From contig CM082586.2 in assembly GCA_040954595.2 (NCBI GenBank), positions 10,323,337-10,387,336 on the forward strand: a stretch of DNA of 64,000 bases, read 5' to 3'. Position 1 is the stretch's first letter. The number at the start of each line of letters is the position of its first letter. The DNA is from Balanoglossus misakiensis (lineage: Eukaryota > Animalia > Hemichordata). A model generated the notes under the pieces. The model did no database searches and was not told the DNA's origin. It saw only the letters and a program-made list of their open reading frames with translations. Shown here one piece after another: positions 1-15,346 of this stretch. Both the position numbers and the translations under genes were made by a program.

Positions 1-1559
1 TCTGCCCAACACAGGCAAGCAAAAGGGCCGATCTGAGAGTTTGACTTGAATGATGGCAATTTTTGCTGTCCAGAAGTAACTGTATAAAATATTTTTGGTA
101 GTAGTATTATTGCTCAAAATACACAAGAATTTAAATATTTCCACTCACTACAGTGATTGAACTGATTTTCAGCAAATTGCAGTGTATAAACAGATATTGC
201 CATCTAATGAAATATCAATCCAATATGGCCGCCCATTTGCAATGGTAAAATGCTAGGTTTTTCCTTTTTTGAGCGCCTGGGAATTTAAATTGTAATCCAG
301 ATATCAAAAACTGAAGTCACTATCTGTATCTGCACATATATTGTAATATATTCTGAAAATTTCGTTACAATTAGATCAACTATGATTGAGACACGGAACA
401 TCAAACATTGCAAAATTTCATATTTCCCATGGTGCCATGCAAAAAATAGAGAGATTTTCTTTACAAGTTTAGATGATCTCCTGTAAAACTGAAAGAAGTA
501 TTCTTCTGTGAATCGTGCATAATTTTTTGAAAAATGTTGAAGATACTTGAGAATATCAGTATTTTTTGATGCTTTTGTACCTTGAAAACTGGTGAACCGA
601 TTTTGATAATTTTCTTTATTATAACCTACAAAGACCTATAAAATTTTTTATCAGTAAAATAAACAGCCTTATATAATTTTACCGGTCCAGCTGTTACAGA
701 GACCACCGGTTATTTTATTATAAACTGGTGGTAGGTCAGTGAATGCCTCTGTCTGATTGGACTAATTAGCTTGTCATACTCGCATGTATTTTCCAGACAG
801 TTTTTGGACAAAAATCTGTTTTTTTTTAGTGCTGCTTGTAAGATTGCAGTGACACATAACACTTGATTGAGCATGGTGAATTTTTTTATGTTTCCATAGT
901 ATTTGAATATTTTTGCCATATATGCTTGCCAATGTCGCCCGCGATTTAATTCTGGTGAATACCTAAAATCTGTGTAATCCCCAAATGGCACAACAGTTTC
1001 CTATACGCTATGTTTTAAGAAGTTAATTATACATAGACATAGTGACCTCTGGCTTACCATTTCTAGCCATCCACAACAGATACAGAGTTTGCTTTCTGTT
1101 GGAATCATGCTAACTGCTTTGGCCCCTGTAATGTTGCATGTTCCTTTAATTGTCTTCTTCATGTTGGCCATATTGGATTTTCTGATAACCTCTTAAAGTT
1201 GACATTTTTTCAAAACTACATGGCCAATCAAGTTCTAATTTACTGTCCCTTCCAATTTTTTTCAATAATATTGTTAGTGGTCATGCGACTTTGGATTCAT
1301 TATGGATTGTTGAAAAATCTCATTTAACATTTCCAAAATCTTTTTCTAATCAAGTTTTCAAGTGTATTGTGATTAGTTAAACCTTATTGGAGCCAAATTG
1401 GACTTTCTGAACTCTAATTAAAGACAAAGATTTCCTATTTCTAGCCTACTCATTTAAAGCACACATTCATTTTATTGATACGAGTCACCATATGTATAGA
1501 ATACGTTACATTTTTTGGCAAATTTCACATGTCCTTTGATTCAGATTTGTTAGAACTGA

Positions 1560-2610
1560 ATTGTACTTGGATATGTCTCTTGTTAAAAAGCACAACAGTC
1601 ATGATTGTGTTCACATGAGTTTTATTGCTGCCAGGACATAACCCAAATATTTTGATAATTTTGGCAATGACCCTTGTTCTACTTGGATATGTCTCTAGTC
1701 TTGTTAAAAAGCACAACAGTCATAATTGTGTTCACATGAGTTTTATTGCTGCCAGGACATAACCCAAATATTTTGATAATTTTGGCGATGACCCTTGATC
1801 TACTTGGATATGTCTCTTGTTAAAAAGCACAACAGTCATGATTTTGTTCACATGAGTTTTATTGCTGCCAGGACATAACCAAAATATTTTGATAATTTTG
1901 GCAATGACCCTTGATCTACTTGGATATGTCTCTTGTTAAAAAACACAACAGTCATAATTGTGTTCACATGAGTTTTATTGCTGCCTGGACATAACCTACA
2001 TATTTTGATAATGTTGGCAATGATCCTTGATCTACTTGGATATGCCTCTTGTTAAAAAGCACAACAGTCATGATTGTGTTCACATGAGTTTTATTGCTGC
2101 CAGGACATAACCCAAATATTTTGATAATTTTGGCAATGACCCTTGATCTACTTGGATATGTCTCTTGTTAAAAAGCACAACAGTCATGATTGTGTTCACA
2201 CGAGTTTTATTGCTGCCAGGACATAACCCAAATATTTTGATAATTTTGGCAATGACCCTTGATCTACTTGGATATGTCTCTTGTTAAAAAGCACAACAGT
2301 CATTATTGTGTTCATATGAGTTTTATTGCTGCCAGGACATAACCAAAATATTTTGATAATTTTGGCAATGACCCTTGATCTACTTGGATAGGTCTCTTGT
2401 TAAAAAGCACAACAGTCATGATTTTGTTCACATGAGTTATATTGCTGCCAGGACATAACCCAAATATTTTGATAATTTTGGCCATGACCCTTGATCTACT
2501 TGGATATGTCTCTTGTTAAAAAGCACAACAGTCATGATATTGTACACATGAGTACTATTGCTGCCTGGACATAACCCAAATATTTTGATAATTTTGGCCA
2601 TGATCTACTT
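1560..2610. repeat. 116-bp minisatellite, ~9 copies
   Basis: tggatatg landmark at 1805, 1921 and 2037 (period 116); unit tacttggatatgtctcttgttaaaaagcac...gacccttgatc. Confidence 0.95.
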
Positions 2611-4285
2611 TCCCATAACTTGCCATGCACAGCAGATACGGCTTTCAAATTTAGAGGACTGGAACACCTAATGAAGTATTAATCTTTAACACAATCGTTA
2701 TGTACTTATCCTATTTAAAGTTAACCAATTGAGCTTAGAAGTTTGGTTCTTGTTGGACACTTATCAGTTTGATGTCAAAATTTGTTGGCACAAATTTGCG
2801 TGACCTCTGGCTTACTTACCATTTCTCAGCATCCATAACAGATACAGCCTTTGCTTTCTGTTGGAACCATGCTAACCACTTTGGTCACTCCAATGCTGCT
2901 TATAGTTGGGTCTTCTTCATGGCGGCCATATTGGATTTTCTGATAATCTCTAAAAGTGTACATTTTTTTCTAAACTGCAGGGCCAATCAAGTTCTAATTT
3001 ACTGGCCGTTCCAATTTTTTTTCAATTATATTAATAGTGGTCATGTGAATTTGGATTTATTATGGATTTTTTCAAAAACTCATGAAGATTTCCAAAATCT
3101 TTTTTAATCAAGCTTTCAAGTGAATTGTGATTGGTTAAACCTTATTGAAGCCAAATTGGATTGTCTGAACTCCGATTAAAAACTAAAATTTCCTATTTCA
3201 AGGCTACTGAATGATAGCACACCAATCCTTTTGATGGATACGAGTCACCATAAGACCAGAATATGTTAAACAATTTTTATCAACTTTCACATGTCCTTTC
3301 ATCCATTTTTTCAACACTTAATTATACAATTTTTTTGCAACTGTCATTCGTCTTTTGATCCAGATCTTTCAGAACTTAATTCTACGTTGATATGCCTCTT
3401 GTTAAAAAGCACAAGAGTCGTGATTTTGTTCACATGAGTACTACTGCTGCCCGGACATAACCCAAATATTTTGATAATTTTGGCAGTAACTTTTGATCTA
3501 CATTCCCATAACTTGGCATGCACAGCAGATACAGCTTTTAAATTTAGAGGACTGGAACACCTAATAAAGTACATGTATTAACTTTAACACAATAATTATG
3601 TATATAAGCTATTTAAAGTTAACCAATAAAGCGTAGAAGTCTGCTTTTTGTTGGACACTGATCAGTTTGGTATCAAATTTTGTTGGCACATTTTGCATCA
3701 CCTCTGGCATACTTTACCATTTCTAGGCATCCACAACAGATGCAGCATTTGCTTTCTGTTGGAACCATGCTAACCGCTTTGGCCACTCCAATGCTGCTTG
3801 TAGCTCTAATTGTCTTCTTCATGGTGGCCATATTGGAATTTCTAATAACCTTTAAAAGTTGACATTTTCATAAACTACAGGGCCAATCAAATTCTAGTTT
3901 ACTGTAGGGTTGAAAGTTTGACAAAAATATCATTAGTGGTCAAGTGACTTTGGGTGCCTAATTGGATTGTTTAAAAATCTCATTAAAAAATTACAGAACA
4001 TCTTTTTCTAATCAAGTTTTCAAGTGAATTGTGATTGGTGTCACCTTATTGGAGCCAAATTGGATTTTTCTAAACACTGATTAAAAACTAAGATTTTCTA
4101 TTTCTAGCCTACTCATTGAAAGCACACAAATTAATTTTATGGATACGAGTCGCCATATGACTAGAATACGTTACATTTTTTGGCAACTTTCACATGTCCT
4201 TTGATCCAGTTTTTTCAAAACTTGATTAAACAATTTGTTGACAACTCTCGCATGTCCTTTGACCCAGTAATTCCATAACTAAATT

Positions 4286-4745
4286 TTATGTGGATATGGC
4301 TCTTGATAAAAAGCTAAACAGTCATGATTTTGTTCAAAGAGTACTACTGCTGCCAGGACATAACCCAAATATTTTGATAATTTTGGCAATGACCCTTGAT
4401 CTACTTGGATATGTCTCTTGTTAAAAAGCACAACAGTCATGATTTTGTTCACATGAGTTTTATTGCTGCCAGGACATAACCCAAATATTTTGATAATTTT
4501 GGCAATGACCCTTGATCTACTTGGATATGTCTCTTGTTAAAAAGCACAACAGTCATGATTTTGTTCACATGAGTTTTATTGCTGCCAGGACATAACCCAA
4601 ATATTTTGATAATTTTGGCCATGACCCTTGATCTACTTGGATATGTCTCTTGTTAAAAAGCACAACAGTCATGATATTGTACACATGAGTACTATTGCTG
4701 CCTGGACATAACCCAAATATTTTGATAATTTTGGCCATGATCTAC
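4286..4745. repeat. 116-bp minisatellite, ~4 copies
   Basis: Same unit; first copy is the variant gatatggctcttgataaaaagct. Confidence 0.92.
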
Positions 4746-6422
4746 TTTCCCATAACTTGCCATGCACAGCAGATACGGCTTTCAAATTTAGAGGACTGGA
4801 ACACCTAATGAAGTATTAATCTTTAACACAATCGTTATGTACTTATCCTATTTAAAGTTAACCAATTGAGCTTAGAAGTTTGGTTCTTGTTGGACACTTA
4901 TCAGTTTGATGTCAAAATTTGTTGGCACAAATTTGCGTGACCTCTGGCTTACTTACCATTTCTCAGCATCCATAACAGATACAGCCTTTGCTTTCTGTTG
5001 GAACCATGCTAACCACTTTGGTCACTCCAATGCTGCTTATAGTTGGGTCTTCTTCATGGCGGCCATATTGGATTTTCTGATAATCTCTAAAAGTGTACAT
5101 TTTTTTCTAAACTGCAGGGCCAATCAAGTTCTAATTTACTGGCCGTTCCAATTTTTTTTCAATTATATTAATAGTGGTCATGTGAATTTGGATTTATTAT
5201 GGATTTTTTCAAAAACTCATGAAGATTTCCAAAATCTTTTTTAATCAAGCTTTCAAGTGAATTGTGATTGGTTAAACCTTATTGAAGCCAAATTGGATTG
5301 TCTGAACTCCGATTAAAAACTAAAATTTCCTATTTCAAGGCTACTGAATGATAGCACACCAATCCTTTTGATGGATACGAGTCACCATAAGACCAGAATA
5401 TGTTAAACAATTTTTATCAACTTTCACATGTCCTTTCATCCATTTTTTCAACACTTAATTATACAATTTTTTTGCAACTGTCATTCGTCTTTTGATCCAG
5501 ATCTTTCAGAACTTAATTCTACGTTGATATGCCTCTTGTTAAAAAGCACAAGAGTCGTGATTTTGTTCACATGAGTACTACTGCTGCCCGGACATAACCC
5601 AAATATTTTGATAATTTTGGCAGTAACTTTTGATCTACATTCCCATAACTTGGCATGCACAGCAGATACAGCTTTTAAATTTAGAGGACTGGAACACCTA
5701 ATAAAGTACATGTATTAACTTTAACACAATAATTATGTATATAAGCTATTTAAAGTTAACCAATAAAGCGTAGAAGTCTGCTTTTTGTTGGACACTGATC
5801 AGTTTGGTATCAAATTTTGTTGGCACATTTTGCATCACCTCTGGCATACTTTACCATTTCTAGGCATCCACAACAGATGCAGCATTTGCTTTCTGTTGGA
5901 ACCATGCTAACCGCTTTGGCCACTCCAATGCTGCTTGTAGCTCTAATTGTCTTCTTCATGGTGGCCATATTGGAATTTCTAATAACCTTTAAAAGTTGAC
6001 ATTTTCATAAACTACAGGGCCAATCAAATTCTAGTTTACTGTAGGGTTGAAAGTTTGACAAAAATATCATTAGTGGTCAAGTGACTTTGGGTGCCTAATT
6101 GGATTGTTTAAAAATCTCATTAAAAAATTACAGAACATCTTTTTCTAATCAAGTTTTCAAGTGAATTGTGATTGGTGTCACCTTATTGGAGCCAAATTGG
6201 ATTTTTCTAAACACTGATTAAAAACTAAGATTTTCTATTTCTAGCCTACTCATTGAAAGCACACAAATTAATTTTATGGATACGAGTCGCCATATGACTA
6301 GAATACGTTACATTTTTTGGCAACTTTCACATGTCCTTTGATCCAGTTTTTTCAAAACTTGATTAAACAATTTGTTGGCAACTCTCGCATGTCCTTTGAC
6401 CCAGTAATTCCATAACTAAATT

Positions 6423-7000
6423 TTATGTGGATATGGCTCTTGATAAAAAGCTAAACAGTCATGATTTTGTTCAAAGAGTACTACTGCTGCCAGGACATAA
6501 CCCAAATATTTTGATAATTTTGGCAATGACCCTTGATCTACTTGGATATGTCTCTTGTTAAAAAGCACAACAGTCATGATTTTGTTCACATGAGTTTTAT
6601 TGCTGCCAGGACATAACCCAAATATTTTGATAATTTTGGCAATGACCCTTGATCTACTTGGATATGTCTCTTGTTAAAAAGCACAACAGTCATGATTTTG
6701 TTCACATGAGTTTTATTGCTGCCAGGACATAACCCAAATATTTTGATAATTTTGGCCATGACCCTTGATCTACTTGGATATGTCTCTTGTTAAAAAGCAC
6801 AACAGTCATGATTTTGTTCACATGAGTTTTATTGCTGCCAGGACATAACCCAAATATTTTGATAATTTTGGCCATGACCCTTGATCTACTTGCATATGTC
6901 TCTTGTTAAAAAGCACAACAGTCATGATTTTGTACACATGAGTACTATTGCTGCCTGGACATAACCCAAATATTTTGATAATTTTGGCCATGATCTACTT
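6423..7000. repeat. 116-bp minisatellite, ~5 copies
   Basis: Same unit and same variant first copy. Confidence 0.92.
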
Positions 7001-7928
7001 TCCCATAATTTGACATGCACAGCAGATATGGCTTTCAAATATAGAGGACTGGAACACCTAATGAAGTATTAATCTTTAACACAATCATTATGTACTTATC
7101 CTATTTAAAGTTAACCAATTGAGCTTAGAAGTTTGGTTCTTGTTGGACACTTATCAGTTTGATATCAAAATTTGTTGGCACAAATTTGCGTGACCTCTGG
7201 CTTACCTACCATTCTATGAATCCACAACAGATACAGAGTTTGCTTTCTGTTGGAACCATGCTAACTGCTTTGGCCCCTGTGATGCTGCATGTTCTTTTAA
7301 TTGTCTTCTTCATGGTGGCCATATTGGATTTTCTGATAACCTTTAAAAGTTGACATTTTTTTTCAAAAATTACAAGGCCAATCAAGTTCTAATTTACTGT
7401 ACGTTCCAATTTTTTAAAATAATATTGTTAGTGTTCATGTGAATTTGGATTTATTATGGATTTTTGAAAAATACCATGAAAAATTTCCAAAATCTTTTTT
7501 TAATCAAGCTTTCGCGTAAATTGTGATTGGTTAAACCTTATTGAAGCCTAATTGGATTTTCTGAACTCCGATTAAAAACTAAAATTTCCTATTTGTAGGC
7601 TACTGAATGATAGCACACCAAGCCTTTTTATGGATAGAGTCAACATAAGACAAGAATGTTAAAAAAATTTGTCAACTTTCACATGTCCATTGATCCTTTT
7701 TTTAACACTTAATTATACAATTTTTTGCAACTTTCATTTTCCCTTTGATCAAGATCTTTCAGAACTTAATTGTACATTGATATGTCTCTTGTTAAAAAGC
7801 ACAACAGTCATGATTTTGTTCACATGAGTACTACTCTGGCAGGACATAACCCAAATATTTTGATAATTTTGGCAATGACCCTTGATCTACATTTCCAAAA
7901 CTTGGCATGCACAGCAGATACAGCTTTT

Positions 7929-8286
7929 ATTAGCTCTGCTGTCACTTGTGTCAGCCGAGCTGTAGCAGTAGGTTGATAAATGTCTGTCCGTCGTCTGTCG
8001 TCCGTCATCCGTCGTCCGTCAACTTTTGGTATTTCAATCTTCTTCTATAAAACTACTTGGCATATTTAGCTGAAATTTGGTTGGAATGTGTGTTATGGTG
8101 CCCTTACCTGATTTTGTTAATTTGGATTTGATCGGGTCATGAATATGCAAATTAGATCTAAAAATAAAATTTTTGGTAAAAAAATCTTCTTCTCCCTAAC
8201 TACATGTACGATGGAGCTGAAAATTGGTAGGAATGTGTGGTATGGTGCCCCTACCTGATTTTGTTAATTGGAATTTTGATGGGGTC
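7929..8286 (+). mobile_element. HINE-like element, 3'-deleted copy
   Basis: Head agctctgctgtcacttgtgtcagccgagct plus gtcc/gtc microsatellite, matching 13981 (offset 6052). Joins host unit at ggggtc|tgctttctgttgg, so the tail is lost. Confidence 0.8.
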
Positions 8287-8810
8287 TGCTTTCTGTTGGA
8301 ACCTTGGTCCCTCCAATGCTACTTTTAGTTGTAATTGTCTTCTTCATGGCGGCCATATTGGATTTTCTAATAAGCTTTAAAGGTTGACATTTTCATAAAC
8401 TACAGGGCCAATCAAGTTCTAATTTACTGTGCGGTTGAAAGTTTGATAAAATATCATTAGTGGTCATGTGACTTTTGGTGCCTTATTGGATTTTTTAAAA
8501 ATCTCATTCAAAAATTACGAAAATCTTTTTCTAATCAAGTTTTCAAGTGAATTGTGATTGGTTTAACCTTATCAGAGCCAAATTGGATTTTCTGAACTCC
8601 GATTAAAAGCTAAAATTCCTTTTTTTTATCCTACTCATTGAAAGCACACAAATTCTTTCTGTGGATACGAGTCACCATATGACTAGAATATGTTACATTT
8701 TTTGACAACTTTCATATGTTCTTTGATCCAGTTTTTTTTCAGTATTTGATTAAACAATTTGTTGGCGACTCTCGCATGTCCTTTGATCCAGTAATTCCAT
8801 AACTTAATTT

Positions 8811-11120
8811 TATGTGGATATGGCTCTTGATAAAAAGCTCAACAGTCATGATTTTGTTCAAAGAGTACTACTGCTGCCAGGACATAACCCAAATATTTTG
8901 ATAATTTTGGCAATGACCCTTGATCTACTTGGATATGTCTCTTGTTAAAAAGCACAACAGTCATGATTTTGTTCACATGAGTTTTATTGCTGCCAGGACA
9001 TAACCCAAATATTTTGATAATCTTGGTAATGACCCTTGATCCCTTGGATATGTCTCTTGTTAAAAAGCACAACAGTCATGATTTTGTTCACATGAGTTTT
9101 ATTGTTGCCAGGACATAACCCAAATATTTTGATAATTTTGGCCATGACCCTTGATCTACTTGGATATGTCTCTTGTTAAAAAGCACAACAGTCATGATTT
9201 TGTTCACATGAGTTTTGTCGCTGCCAGGACATAACCCAAATATTTTGATAACTTTGGCAATGACCCTTGATCTACTTGGATATGTCTCTTGTTAAAAAGC
9301 ACAACAGTCATGATTTTGTTCACATGAGTTTTATTGCTGCCAGGACATAACCCAAATATTTTGATAATCTTGGCAATGACCCTTGATCTACTTGGATATG
9401 TCTCTTGTTAAAAAGCACAACAGTCATGATTTTGTTCACATGAGTTTTATTGCTGCCAGGACATTACCCAAATATTTTGATAATTTTGGCAATGACCCTT
9501 GATCTACTTGGATATGTCTCTTGTTAAAAGGCACAACAGTCATGATTTTGTTCACATGAGTTTTATTGCTGCCAGGACATAATCCAAATATTTTGATAAT
9601 CTTGGTAATGACCCTTGATCTACTTGGATATGTCTCTTGTTAAAAAGCACAACAGTCATGATTTTGTTCACATGAGTACTATTGCTGCCTGGACATAACC
9701 CAAATATTTTGATAATTTTGGCAATGACCCTTGATCTACTTGGATATGTCTCTTGTTAAAAGCACAACAGTCATGATTTTGTTCACATGAGTTTTATTGC
9801 TGCCAGGACATAACCCAAATATTTTGATAATCATGGCAATGACCCTTGATCTACTTGGATATGTCTCTTGTTAAAAAGCACAACAGTCATGATTTTGTTC
9901 ACATGAGTTTTATTGCTGCCAGGACATAACCCAAATATTTTGATAATCTTGGTAATGACCCTTGATCTACTTGGATATGTCTCTTGTTAAAAAGCACAAC
10001 AGTCATGATTTTGTTCACATGAGTACTATTGCTGCCTGGACATAACCCAAATATTTTGATAATTTTGGCAATGACCCTTGATCTACTTGGATATGTCTCT
10101 TGTTAAAAAGCACAACAGTCATGATTTTGTTCACATGAGTACTATTGCTGCCTGGACATAACCCAAATATTTTGATAATTTTGGCAATGACCCTTGATCT
10201 ACTTGGATATGCCTCTTGTTAAAAAGCACAACAGTCATGATTTTGTTCACATGAGTACTATTGCTGCCTGGACATAACCCAAATATTTTGATAATTTTGG
10301 CAATGACCCTTGATCTACTTGGATATGTCTCTTGTTAAAAAGCACAACAGTCATGATTTTGTTCACATGAGTACTATTGGTGCCTGGACATAACCCAAAT
10401 ATTTTGATAATTTTGGCAATGACCCTTGATCTACTTGGATATGTCTCTTGTTAAAAAGCACAACAGTCATGATTTTGTTCACATGAGTTTTATTGCTGCC
10501 AGGACATAACCCAAATATTTTGATAATTTTGGCAATGACCCTTGATCTACTTGGATATGTGTCTTGTTAAAAAGCACAACAGTCATGATTTTGTTCACAT
10601 GAGTTTTATTGCTGCCAGGACATAACCCATATATTTTGATCATTTTGGCAATGACCCTTGATCTACTTGGATATGTCTCTTGTTAAAAAGCACAATAGTC
10701 ATGATTTTGTTCACATGAGTTTTATTGCTGCCAGGACATAACCCAAATATTTGGATAATTTTGGCAATGACCCTTGATCTACTTGGATATGTCTCTTGTT
10801 AAAAAGCACAACAGTCATGATTTTGTTCATATGAATTTTATTGCTGCCAGGACATAACCCAAATATTTTGATTATTTCGGCCATGACCCTTGATCTACTT
10901 GGATATGTCTCTTGTTAAAAAGCACAACAGTCATGATTTTGTTCACATGAGTTTTATTGTTGCCAGGACATAACCCAAATATTTTGATAATTTTGGCCAT
11001 GACCCTTGATCTACTTGGATATGTCTCTTGTTAAAAAGCACAACAGTCATGATTTTGTACACATGAATACTATTGCTGCCAGGACATAACCCAAATATTT
11101 TGATAATTTTGGCCATGATC
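8811..11120. repeat. 116-bp minisatellite, ~20 copies
   Basis: Long homogeneous run of the same unit; runs of gagttttatt versus gagtactatt variants. Confidence 0.95.
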
Positions 11121-12801
11121 TTCTTTCCCATAACTTGCCATGCACAGCAGATACGGCTTTCAAATTTAGAGGACTGGAACACCTAATGAAGTATTAATTT
11201 TTAACACAATCATTATGTACTTATCCTATTTAAAGTTAACCAATTGAGCTTAGAAGTTTGGTTCTTGTTGGACACTTATCAGTTTGATGTCAAAATTTGT
11301 TGGCACAAATTTGCCTGACCTCTGGCTTACTTACCATTTCTCAGCATCCATAACAGATACAGCCTTTGCTTTCTGTTGGAACCATGCTAACCACTTTGGT
11401 CACTCCAATGCTGCTTATAGTTGGGTCTTCTTCATGGCGGCCATATTGGATTTTCTGATAATCTCTAAAAGTGGACATTTTTTTCTAAACTGCAGGGCCA
11501 ATCAAGTTCTAATTTACTGGCCGTTCCATTTTTTTTTCAATTATATTAATAGTGGTCATGTGAATTTGGATTCATTATGGATTTTTTCAAAAACTCATGA
11601 AAAATTTCCAAAATCTTTTTTAATCAAGCTTTCAAGTGAATTGTGATTGGTTAAACCTTATTGAAGTCAAATTGGATTGTCTGAACTCCGATTAAAAACT
11701 AAAATTTCCTATTTCAAGGCTACTGAATGATAGCACACCAATCCTTTTTATGGATACGAGTCACCATAAGTCCAGAATATGTTAAACAATTTTTATCAAC
11801 TTTCACATGTCCTTTCATCCATTTTTTCAACACTTAATTATACTATTTTTTTGCAACTTTCATTCGTCTTTTGATCCAGATCTTTCAGAACTTAATTCTA
11901 CGTTGATATGCCTCTTGTTAAAAAGCACAACAGTCGTGATTTTGTTCACATGAGTACTACTGCTGCCAGGACATAACCCAAATATTTTGATAATTTTGGC
12001 AGTAACTTTTGATCTACATTCCCATAACTTGGCATGTACAGCAGATACAGCTTTTAAATTTAGAGGCTTGGAACACCTAATGAAGTACATGTATTAACTT
12101 TAACACAATAATTATGTATATAAGCTATTTAAAGTTAACTAATAAAGCGTAGAAGTCTGCTTTTTGTTGGACATTGATCAGTTTGGTATCAAATTTTGTT
12201 GGCACATTTTGCATCACCTCTGGCATACTTTACCATTTCTAGGCATCCACAACAGATACAGCCTTTGCTTTCTGTTGGAACCATGCTAACCGCTTTGGCC
12301 ACTCCAATGCTGCTTGTAGCTCTAATTGTCTTCTTCATGGTGGCCATATTGGATTTTCTAATAACCTTTAAAAGTTGACATTTTCATAAACTACAGGGCA
12401 AATCAAATTCTAGTTTACTGTAGGGTTGAAAGTTTGACAAAAATATCATTAGTGGTCATGTGACTTTGGGTGCCTAATTGGATTGTTTAAAAATCTCATT
12501 AAAAAATTACAGAACATCTTTTTCTAATCAAGTTTTCAAGTGAATTGTGATTGGTGTCACCTTATTGGAGCCAAATTGGATTTTTCTGAACACTGATTAA
12601 AAACTAAGATTTCCTATTTCTAGCCTACTCATTGAAAGCACACAAATTAATTTTATGGATACGAGTCACCATATGACTAGAATACGTTACATTTTTTGGC
12701 AACTTTCACATGTCCTTTGATCCAGTTTTTTCAAAACTTGATTAAACAATTTGTTGGCAACTCTCGCATGTCCTTTGACCCAGTAATTCCATAACTTAAT
12801 T

Positions 12802-13145
12802 TTATGTGGATATGGCTCTTGATAAAAAGCTCAACAGTCATGATTTTGTTCATAGAGTACTACTGCTGCCAGGACATAACCCAAATATTTTGATAATTTT
12901 GGCAATGACCATTGATCTACTTGGATATGTCTCTTGTTAAAAAGCACAACAGTCATGATTTTGTTCACATGAGTTTTATTGCTGCCAGGACATAACCCAA
13001 ATATTTTGATAATTTTGGCCATGACCCTTGATCTACTTGGATATGTCTCTTGTTAAAAAGCACAACAGTCATGATTTTGTACACATGAGTACTATTGCTG
13101 CCTGGACATAACCCAAATATTTTGATAATTTTGGCCATGATCTAC
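12802..13145. repeat. 116-bp minisatellite, ~3 copies
   Basis: Same unit; followed by a short deletion in the host unit. Confidence 0.9.
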
Positions 13146-13980
13146 TTAAATCCTATTTAAAGTTAACCAATTGAGCTTAGAAGTTTGGTTCTTGTTGGAC
13201 ACTTATCAGTTTGATATCAAAATTTGTTGGCACAAATTTCCGTGACCTCTGGCTTACCTACCATTCTAAGAATCCATAACAGATACAGAGTTTGCTTTCT
13301 GTTGGAACCATGCTAACTGCTTTGGCCCCTGTGATGCTGCATGTTCTTTTAATTGTCTTCTTCATGGTGGCCATATTGGATTTTCTGATAACCTTTAAAA
13401 GTTGACATTTTTTTTCAAAAATTACAAGGCCAATCAAGTTCTAATTTACTGTACGTTCCAATTTTTTAAAATAATATTGTTAGTGTTCATGTGAATTTGG
13501 ATTTATTATGGATTTTTGAAAAATCCCATGAAAAATTTCCAAAATCTTTTTTTAATCACGCTTTCGCGTAAAATGTGATTGGTTAAACCTTATTGAAGCC
13601 TAATTGGATTTTCTGAACTCCGATTAAAAACTAAAATTTCCTATTTGTAGGCTACTGAATGATAGCACACCAAGCCTTTTTATGGATAGAGTCAACATAA
13701 GACCAGAATGTTAAAATTTTTTGTCAACTTTCACATGTCCATTGATCCTTTTTTTAACACTTAATTATACAATTTTTTGCAACTTTCATTTTCCCTTTGA
13801 TCAAGATCTTTCAGAACTTAATTGTACATTGATATGTCTCTTGTTAAAAAGCACAACAGTCATGATTTTGTTCACATGAGTACTACTCTGGCAGGACATA
13901 ACCCAAATATTTTGATAATTTTGGCAATGACCCTTGATCTACATTTCCAAAACTTGGCATGCACAGCAGATACAGCTTTT

Positions 13981-15346
13981 ATTAGCTCTGCTGTCACTTG
14001 TGTCAGCCGAGCTGTAGCAGTAGGTTGATAAATGTCTGTCCGTCGTCTGTCGTCCGTCATCCGTCGTCCGTCAACTTTTGGTATTTCAATCTTCTTCTAT
14101 AAAACTACTTGGCATATTTAGCTGAAATTTGGTTAGAATGTGTGTTATGGTGCCCTTACCTGATTTTGTTAATTTGGATTTGATCGGGTCATGAATATGC
14201 AAATTAGATCTAAAAATAAAATTTTTGGTAAAAAAATCTTCTTCTCCCTAACTACATGTACGATGGAGCTGAAATTTGGTAGGAATGTGTGTTATGGTGT
14301 CCCTACCTGATTTTTAGCTCTGCTGTCACTTGTGTCAGCCGAGCTGTAGCAGTAGGTTGATAAGTGTCCGTCCGTCGTCCGTCGTCTGTCGTCAGTCGTC
14401 TGTCGTCCGTCAACTTTTTGTATTTCAATCTTCTTCTTTAAAACAACTGGGCATATTTAGCTGAAATTTGGTTGGAATGTGTGTTATGGTGCCTTTAACT
14501 GATTTTGTTAATTTGGATTTGATGGGGTCATGAATATGCAAATTAGATCTAAAAATAGAACTTTTGGTAAAAATCTTCTTCTCCACAACTACATGTGCAA
14601 TGGACCTGAAATTTGGCAGGAATGTGTGTTATGGTGCCCCTACCTGATTTTGTAAATTTGGATTTGATGGGGTCATAAATATGCAAATTAGATCTAAAAA
14701 TAGAATTTTGGTAAAAAATCTTCTTCTCCCTAACTACATGTACGATGGCGCTGAAATTTAGTAGGAATGTGTGTTATGGTGCCCCTACCTGATTTTGCTA
14801 ATTTGGATATGATGGGGTCATAAATATGCAAATTAGATATAAAAATAGAATTGTTGGTCAAAAATCTTCTTCTCCCTAACTACATGTACGATGGCGCTGA
14901 AATTTAGTAGGAATGTGTGTTATGGTGCCCCTACCTGATTTTGCTAATTTGGATATGATGGGGTCATAAATATGCAAATTAGATCTAAAAATATAATTTT
15001 TGGTAAAAAAATCTTCTCCCTAAATACATGTACGATGGAGTTGAAATTTGGTAGAATGTGTGTTATGGTGCCCCTACCTGATTTTGTTTTATTGGAATTT
15101 TGATGGGGTCATGAATATGCAAATTAGAACATTGGTACTTCCTTTTGATGTTGTTCTTTAGAATTCAATTCTTTCTTTCTTTAGTGCAATGAATCAAGCT
15201 GAATTTGGATAAATACTTGTGATGTCTATGTTTGGTTTTGTTCAATAGAATACAATTGTTATGAATTAAAACCTAGGGTATTCATATCATCGCCCAGGTT
15301 ACACTGTTAAGGTCAGCAGAGCTCATTTGACCAATAGGTCACTTGT
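13981..15346 (+). mobile_element. Non-autonomous Helentron-associated (HINE/DINE-like) element with two heads and ~145-bp internal tandem repeats
   Basis: Inserted in the T-run of host cagctttt|aaatttagagg with no TSD. 5' agctctgct plus hairpin and gtcy microsatellite; gatggggtca at 14521, 14666, 14811, 14957 and 15102; 3' inverted agcagagct, then hairpin tgaccaataggtca and cttgt. Second head at 14311. Confidence 0.85.

Noticed and set aside
1560-11120. CRISPR-like regular repeats
   Set aside because: Units are contiguous with no unique spacers, there are no cas genes, and the context is eukaryotic.
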